Assembly: GCA_963815095.1 (NCBI GenBank)
Contig: CAWFFH010000003.1
Coordinates: 896,001 to 960,000, forward strand
Origin: Candidatus Bathyarchaeota archaeon
GTDB taxonomy: Archaea > Thermoproteota > Bathyarchaeia > Bathyarchaeales > Bathycorpusculaceae
Direction: 5' to 3'
DNA: 64,000 nt
The translations under genes were made by a program, and so were the position numbers. Shown piece after piece: positions 58,663 to 64,000 of this stretch. The first letter of the stretch is position 1; every line of letters starts with the position of its first letter. Under the pieces are notes generated by a model. The model searched no databases, was not told the origin of the DNA, and saw only the letters and a list, made by a program, of their open reading frames with translations.

Positions 58663-58747
58663 GTCAAGCACGTCAATACCAATTGTTTGAGAAATAGTTA
58701 AAGATTTTAAGGCAAAGTCAATGAATCTAGCCATCGAGGATTGCGCT

Positions 58748-59971
58748 TTGAAGTATATTGACTTTGTAGATTTATCTTACAAGCCTAAGGAAACCGATTT
58801 AATCTGCACTTTTTACGTAGAGCCTGAAGGCATAACATTAAAAGAAGCTGCAGGCGGAGTTGCTGCTGAAAGTTCTGTGGGTACATGGACTGAATTGACA
58901 ACTGAGCAGCCTTACGTTAAGCGATTAGCAGCACATGTCTATAGCGTTGAAGACTGCGTTATCAAAATCGCTTATCCTATTGAACTTTTTGAGTCAGCTA
59001 ACATGCCCAACATCTTAAGTAGCGTGGCTGGGAACGTTTTTGGGCTTAAGGCACTGAAAAACCTGCGTTTACTCGATATTGAATTTCCCAAACAACTATT
59101 AAACAGCTTCAAAGGACCCGCCTTTGGCATAGCTGGAATTCGCAAACTCCTTAAAATCCCAAAACGTCCCCTCGTCGGTACCATAATCAAACCTAAACTT
59201 GGGTTAGAAACTAAAGACCACGCCAAAGTAGCTTATGAGGCTTGGTTTGGAGGTTGCGATGTCGTTAAAGACGATGAGAACTTGAGTAGCCAAAAATTCA
59301 ACCCCTTTGATGAGCGCCTTGTGCAGACTCTTGAGAGCCGAGACAAAGCACAAGAGGAGACGAATGAACGCAAGGTCTACATGATTAACATCACTGCCGA
59401 AACCCAAACCATGCTTAAACGCGCCCAAACCGTCGTTGACCACGGCGGCGAATACGTCATGGTGGACATCTTGACCTGCGGTTGGTCCGCACTACAAACA
59501 TTGCGCGACCAAGACTTCAAACTTGTTATCCATGCTCACCGTGCTGGGCACGCGGCTTTCACCAAAAACCCCCTGCATGGTATTGCGATGAAACCCATAG
59601 CTACAGTTGCAAGGATAATTGGCGTTGACCAACTTCATGTTGGCACAGTCGTCGGCAAGATGTCTGAAACTAAAACAGAAGTTATCCAAAACATCGACGC
59701 GTGCAAATCCGAAATGGGTTATCTCAAACCTGTTTTGCCTGTTGCAAGTGGCGGAGTACATCCAAGGCTAATCCCCGCACTCATTAAGACTTTCGGCAAC
59801 GATTTCGTTATTCAAGCCGGCGGCGGCATCCACGGACACCCACATGGTACAATCGCAGGTGCCAAAGCCATGCGTCAAGCTGTCGACGCAACCCTGTATG
59901 GGAAAACTCTGGAAGAATACGCCAAAAACCACCAAGAACTAGCGGAAGCCCTGAAACAATGGAAAACCTAA
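58748..59971 (+). CDS. rbcL: Form III ribulose-1,5-bisphosphate carboxylase
   Basis: AAESSVGTWT, GNVFG, KPKLG, DVVKDDE, HAHRA.H, GTVVGKM, SGG.H, QAGGG.HGHP. Confidence 0.95.
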   Translation: MKYIDFVDLSYKPKETDLICTFYVEPEGITLKEAAGGVAAESSVGTWTELTTEQPYVKRLAAHVYSVEDCVIKIAYPIELFESANMPNILSSVAGNVFGLKALKNLRLLDIEFPKQLLNSFKGPAFGIAGIRKLLKIPKRPLVGTIIKPKLGLETKDHAKVAYEAWFGGCDVVKDDENLSSQKFNPFDERLVQTLESRDKAQEETNERKVYMINITAETQTMLKRAQTVVDHGGEYVMVDILTCGWSALQTLRDQDFKLVIHAHRAGHAAFTKNPLHGIAMKPIATVARIIGVDQLHVGTVVGKMSETKTEVIQNIDACKSEMGYLKPVLPVASGGVHPRLIPALIKTFGNDFVIQAGGGIHGHPHGTIAGAKAMRQAVDATLYGKTLEEYAKNHQELAEALKQWKT

Positions 59972-60209
59972 GTCAGTAAATAGGTTGCCCTACCTTTCAT
60001 TACCTCCACTATTTTTTTGGTAACTCCAAATTTGGCACAACTATAACATTGGAAAATTTTATTTTGGGATTCTAAATGTTAATTGTAGAGTTGGAGTCAC
60101 TTCAATAATTCAAAATTATTCTCATTGATGAAAAGTCAAGAACTGATCCAAGGTAAAAGTCATTTTTGAAATATCGCATAAGATATAAAATTATTTAGAA
60201 AAACGAATT

Positions 60210-61127
60210 TTAGAAAATCCAGGAGTATTTTCGGCGCATAACCTCGACAATTGTTTGGGATGTTATTATGCCTTCTTCGCAGATTAAGCCGTGTATGTAA
60301 CGGTTTGGGGTAACGTCAAAGGCTGGGTTGAGTACAGTGAGTTTTGATGGTGCTTCGTTCCAGACTTCGGCTGGGTTGCGTTGCTCAATTTTTTCGCATT
60401 CGCCTTGAAGTGTTTCGGGGTCGAATTTGAGTAGTTCCGAAACCACGTAAAAAGGCACTCTGGCTTCATGGGCTAAAACCGCGATACCGCTTGAGCCAAT
60501 CTTGTTAACTACGTTGCCCTCGGAGGTTATTGCGTCAGCTCCCACAATTACCACATCAACATCCCTCATGAATGTCCGCGCAGCCGAATCTACAACAAAT
60601 GTGGTCTCAATTCCCAATTCCACGAGTTCTTTGGCAGTTATTCTTCCCTGAAACGCTGGACGCGTCTCGGTACAGATGACTTTAAAGATTTTGCCATCCG
60701 CTTTGGCTTTAGCAAGTAGTCGGGTTACGGTTGAAGAGTGGCAATGAGTAAAAACCACTGAGCCGTCGCGGATACGTTTGGCACCAATTTCAGCTATCTG
60801 CTCTTTTGAATCCTCCAAATCTTTGAGGAACTGGTCCGCTGAAGAAACCACCAGTTTGCTCAACTCACCCACTTTTTCTGTGTTAGCGGCTTGGGTTTGG
60901 GTGATTAACCAGCGGATAGCGTTTCTCATCAATGGCTCGGTTTCTCTGGATGCAGCGAAGATGGTTTGAGCTTCTTTAAGCTCAGCAAAAAATTGGGTTT
61001 TGTTTTTCGTTTTTGTTTGCTGTGCTTGGGTTTGGATAGCTTTGACTGCGGCTATGGCGACGTTTCTTGCGCCTTGAACTTGCAGCTTCTTGATTTTTTC
61101 TGCTGTCAAATGGATTATTTCTGACAT
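60210..61127 (-). CDS. Ribose-1,5-bisphosphate isomerase
   Basis: VQGA..VA, R.TEP.MRN, THCHS (catalytic Cys), ETRP..QG, GAD, NKIG, NPAFDVTP; next to AMP phosphorylase and Rubisco. Confidence 0.92.
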   Translation of the reverse strand: MSEIIHLTAEKIKKLQVQGARNVAIAAVKAIQTQAQQTKTKNKTQFFAELKEAQTIFAASRETEPLMRNAIRWLITQTQAANTEKVGELSKLVVSSADQFLKDLEDSKEQIAEIGAKRIRDGSVVFTHCHSSTVTRLLAKAKADGKIFKVICTETRPAFQGRITAKELVELGIETTFVVDSAARTFMRDVDVVIVGADAITSEGNVVNKIGSSGIAVLAHEARVPFYVVSELLKFDPETLQGECEKIEQRNPAEVWNEAPSKLTVLNPAFDVTPNRYIHGLICEEGIITSQTIVEVMRRKYSWIF

Positions 61128-61251
61128 AATCTTCAACCCAGGCTTTGTTTTTAATTATTGTGGAGAAGCATATAAGCAAATTCATAACAACTGTATGGTG
61201 AACGTTAGGCTGCATGAGGAAGATAGCATCGGGCATTTTAGGCAGTATAGT

Positions 61252-61662
61252 TTAAGATGGTATAGGTGCGCGTTTTCGTGCAAACACAAACACGTAGATG
61301 GCGCCGACAATTATGATTACGCCAATTATTAATAGCATAATAGCCCAATCTGCACTATTGAAATAACCACTTATCTCCAAAACAGAGAAAATCCCAAATG
61401 TAATGAGGATTAAACCGCCAATTAAATAAACAATAAAGCCTGCTTCTCCTTTCCGATGTTTTTCGCCCGTTTCAGGATGTTGCTGTTTTTCCTCCTTCTC
61501 ATTCTTGTCTAATCTCTCATCACTTCGATTGATTGGCTGAGCAGGCGTTGGTGAACTTTGACTAGTTTGATCGGAGGAAGAAGTTTTTAATGATGCCCCG
61601 CAACCTATGCAGAAAACCATATTTTCGTTAACTTCATTGCCGCATTTTGGACAATACGACAT
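61252..61662 (-). CDS. Zinc-ribbon domain membrane protein
   Basis: YCPKCG...FCIGCG, EK-rich linker, 2 C-terminal TM helices. Confidence 0.85.
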   Translation of the reverse strand: MSYCPKCGNEVNENMVFCIGCGASLKTSSSDQTSQSSPTPAQPINRSDERLDKNEKEEKQQHPETGEKHRKGEAGFIVYLIGGLILITFGIFSVLEISGYFNSADWAIMLLIIGVIIIVGAIYVFVFARKRAPIPS

Positions 61663-61781
61663 TCAATTTCATCCTGACCCTATTTTATCAGCTTTATGCT
61701 ATTTAAAACATGCACTTCTCCATTAAAGAGAAAGATATATGTGTTAAATGCGTTATTTTCGAATGGAGCAAGATAGCTTTG

Positions 61782-62279
61782 ATGAGTTCCTTGAATCCGC
61801 AGTCGTTTACCGATAAGAAAAAGGAAAGCTTTTTCTCTGCTATTTACATCGGCAGTGTTTTCATCATCTTAGCTTTAGTCTTCTTTATCCACGTAGGCGA
61901 CAACGTATGGAATAGTTTGGTAAACTTTTTTAGTTCTCTTACGCTTGCCCCAGTTCCGGCTACAGGCATCTCTTTGCCTGCACCTTCAGATCCATCTGCT
62001 TACTTTAATCTCTACAATGCTGCTTTCCACTTCGCTATCGCATTAGGCATCTTGGAAATCGTGATTCTGCTTTTAAGAATTTGGCTTCATTCATCGGTGT
62101 ACCGTTTGGCTGAAACCATCGAAAACATAGTCTTTTGGCTTGGCGCAAGCTTCCTAGTAACTACTTACCTAGTAAATATGACCATATCAAGTGAGTGGTT
62201 TGTCTTCTGGGCTGGAATAATCCTGATCTTTGGGTTAGCATTAGTTGCACGGTCCTTTGTGCTTTTAGCTAAAAAGTAA
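61782..62279 (+). CDS. Hypothetical 4-TM membrane protein (paralog of 44598-45089)
   Basis: LPAP.DP, LLLR, FWLGA, WFVFW. Confidence 0.75.
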   Translation: MSSLNPQSFTDKKKESFFSAIYIGSVFIILALVFFIHVGDNVWNSLVNFFSSLTLAPVPATGISLPAPSDPSAYFNLYNAAFHFAIALGILEIVILLLRIWLHSSVYRLAETIENIVFWLGASFLVTTYLVNMTISSEWFVFWAGIILIFGLALVARSFVLLAKK

Positions 62280-62280
62280 C

Positions 62281-63015
62281 CTACTGCTTTTTTATTTTCA
62301 GTTTCCACCAAAGCGACATTACTTGCTTAAACATGTTCCAGGAATCTTTTGCGAGGTTTACCTTGGTGTTCTTGCCGCTTTTCCATTCAACGGCAATTTC
62401 CTTTATCTTGAACCCTGCACGGTGAGCTCTTACCAAGATTTCCGTATCCCAGAACCAGTGAGTAGCTTCCACCTTGTCAAGTAACTCCATGAGAGGTTCT
62501 CTTTTGAATCCTTTGAAACCGCATTGGTGATCGCGAAGTTTAGAGCCAAGCATATGTCTGACAAGAAAATTGTAGGTTTTACTGCTTATGCCTCGGCTCA
62601 TCGTACGTTTCGCTTTACTTTCAGCCATCATCCTGGATCCAGTTGCAAAATCGTATCCTTCAAGTGTAATGGCTTCTACAAGAGGTTTTAGATATTTTAG
62701 GTCAGTGGCCAAGTCTAAATCCATGTAAACCAAAACTTCGCCGTTGCTCTGCTTAAACGCATTGTTGAGTGCAGTTCCTCTCCCGAGTCGTTTTTCACGG
62801 TGAATATGTCTAACGCTTGGGGTTTTCTCTGCTAATTCTTCGGCAAGTTCTGCGGTTCCGTCGAAGCTGCCGTCTTCTGCAATGATTACTTCGTATGATT
62901 GTGTGAATTGTTTTAGGGTTTGAATGGTTTTTTCTACTGCTGGCTGCAGGTAGTTGACTTCGTTGTAGGCGGGAAGAACCACAGAAACCTGCAATAGCCT
63001 GTTTTGTATTGTCAT
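62281..63015 (-). CDS. GT2 polyprenol-phosphate glycosyltransferase (Alg5/DPM1-like)
   Basis: SVVLPAYNE, EDGS.DGT, G.G.A, MDLDL, GSR, D.QCGFK, WD.E.L. Confidence 0.92.
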   Translation of the reverse strand: MTIQNRLLQVSVVLPAYNEVNYLQPAVEKTIQTLKQFTQSYEVIIAEDGSFDGTAELAEELAEKTPSVRHIHREKRLGRGTALNNAFKQSNGEVLVYMDLDLATDLKYLKPLVEAITLEGYDFATGSRMMAESKAKRTMSRGISSKTYNFLVRHMLGSKLRDHQCGFKGFKREPLMELLDKVEATHWFWDTEILVRAHRAGFKIKEIAVEWKSGKNTKVNLAKDSWNMFKQVMSLWWKLKIKKQ

Positions 63016-64000
63016 TATGCGTAACTGCCCCAGCTTGGGAACCACTTTAGATAATTGTTAATGAATGAATTTGAAACGGGGGCTCCTGAAATCACGGGGT
63101 AAAAAAGCAGAAACAGTCCAACAACGCCCGCAAAAATCGCTACAGCCGCTACCTTACCCATCCGAGTGTTCCAGTACTTGTTAACGAAGTAGGTTGTTGC
63201 CAGGCAAAGTAGAGGTACGCTGAGGTAGTAATGGTAGACGTATGTTGCTCTGCCTATGAAAACGTAGGGCAGCCATGAAAAAGCGAATACAACTACAATA
63301 AATATCGCTGTTATGTCCCAACCGTTACCACGTATACTAACCCCTTTGGCTGTAGATGACTTAGATATTCGGCTCCAAAGGTTCGCCACCACTGCTCTGC
63401 CATGAATCGCTCTCTCCGCGAGCACAAGCATCAATGCAAAGCCAATCCACCAGACCAAGGGGTTGCCGAAAACTGATATGGTGGAGATCATGTTGTTAGG
63501 CAGGTAGGTTATGTCAAACCATCTAGGAACCGTTATGTTGCCTGTTCCAATCATCAATGGCCAAGACCACCAAGGAGACGAAGAAGGATCAACAACGGAG
63601 CCTCCGTGGAAACTGAGCATAGAAAACTGCAAATTCACAATCGACGAGAACGAATCACCTAATAGCATGTCGGGGATGTAGGTTGCAAAGTAAATGAGCG
63701 CCACTAAGCCAACGCACGCCCCCAGAAGTAGGAACGGGTGCTCAAAGAAGCCAACATATTTGTCGGCTAAACTACCCTTTTGTTTCCAGAGATCCTTTAG
63801 TCTAACTGCGGCAAGTAATGCAAGCAGCCCCAACGCTGGAAAAAGCGGGAACCCAAATTTTGTTGAGAACCCTATAGAGAAGAAAACCACGGCTAATATC
63901 AAAGGCAAAACTGACGTTTTCTTCCAGCCATCCTTGAGGACTCTCATGAAGTAGACTAAGAAAAACAACTGGGAAAGCAACGAGAAAAATATTAGATAAG
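63015..64000 (-). CDS. PMT-family (GT39-like) protein O-glycosyltransferase, C-terminal part (5' end outside window)
   Basis: Q..ML.FH, SSPWWSWPLM, GNPLVWW, WLPY...R..Y.YHY, FLLFYP.ISG.P, L.WFPSW. Confidence 0.8.
   Translation of the reverse strand, partial: YLIFFSLLSQLFFLVYFMRVLKDGWKKTSVLPLILAVVFFSIGFSTKFGFPLFPALGLLALLAAVRLKDLWKQKGSLADKYVGFFEHPFLLLGACVGLVALIYFATYIPDMLLGDSFSSIVNLQFSMLSFHGGSVVDPSSSPWWSWPLMIGTGNITVPRWFDITYLPNNMISTISVFGNPLVWWIGFALMLVLAERAIHGRAVVANLWSRISKSSTAKGVSIRGNGWDITAIFIVVVFAFSWLPYVFIGRATYVYHYYLSVPLLCLATTYFVNKYWNTRMGKVAAVAIFAGVVGLFLLFYPVISGAPVSNSFINNYLKWFPSWGSYA

Noticed and set aside
60125-60169. Possible C/D box sRNA (TTGATGA-N11-CTGA...TTGA) in the rbcL/R15Pi gap
   Set aside because: No convincing C' box, a degenerate D box and no target I could identify; the region is AT-rich, so chance is plausible
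1-64000. tRNA, rRNA, CRISPR arrays, IS elements, inteins
   Set aside because: I saw no cloverleaf, repeat-spacer periodicity, transposase or unexplained in-frame insertion by eye; tRNAscan or Infernal would be needed to exclude small RNAs

Overview
Gene-dense archaeal chromosome segment made mostly of core genes. The lineage is probably Bathyarchaeia or another TACK group; this is inferred from gene content (L7Ae/S28e/L24e, TFE-beta, arcadin-1, archaeal ThrRS, form III Rubisco). It contains a complete DAP-aminotransferase lysine operon, fen1, glmS with a divergent regulator, tRNA/rRNA modification genes, KEOPS genes, a tungsten AOR, a fluoride riboswitch-crcB-DUF190 unit, a redox cluster (rubredoxin-TPP enzyme, TrxR, tandem ferredoxin-MvhD fusion, SudBA/NfnAB), the AMP-phosphorylase/Rubisco/R15P-isomerase trio and a GT2 plus PMT-like pair. 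I saw no rRNA, tRNA, CRISPR array or mobile element. Five signals stand out. (1) Two unrelated genes, dapB and sudB, have ACG at their conserved Met1 position, behind a GGAGG Shine-Dalgarno and overlapping the upstream stop. (2) A (Fd-MvhD)x2 protein is translationally coupled to NfnAB. (3) Four conserved genes are each split by a +1 shift right next to a stop codon. (4) Two Cys/His microproteins are missed by the ORF track. (5) Arcadin-1 occurs without crenactin. All calls come from reading the sequence; no searches were run.
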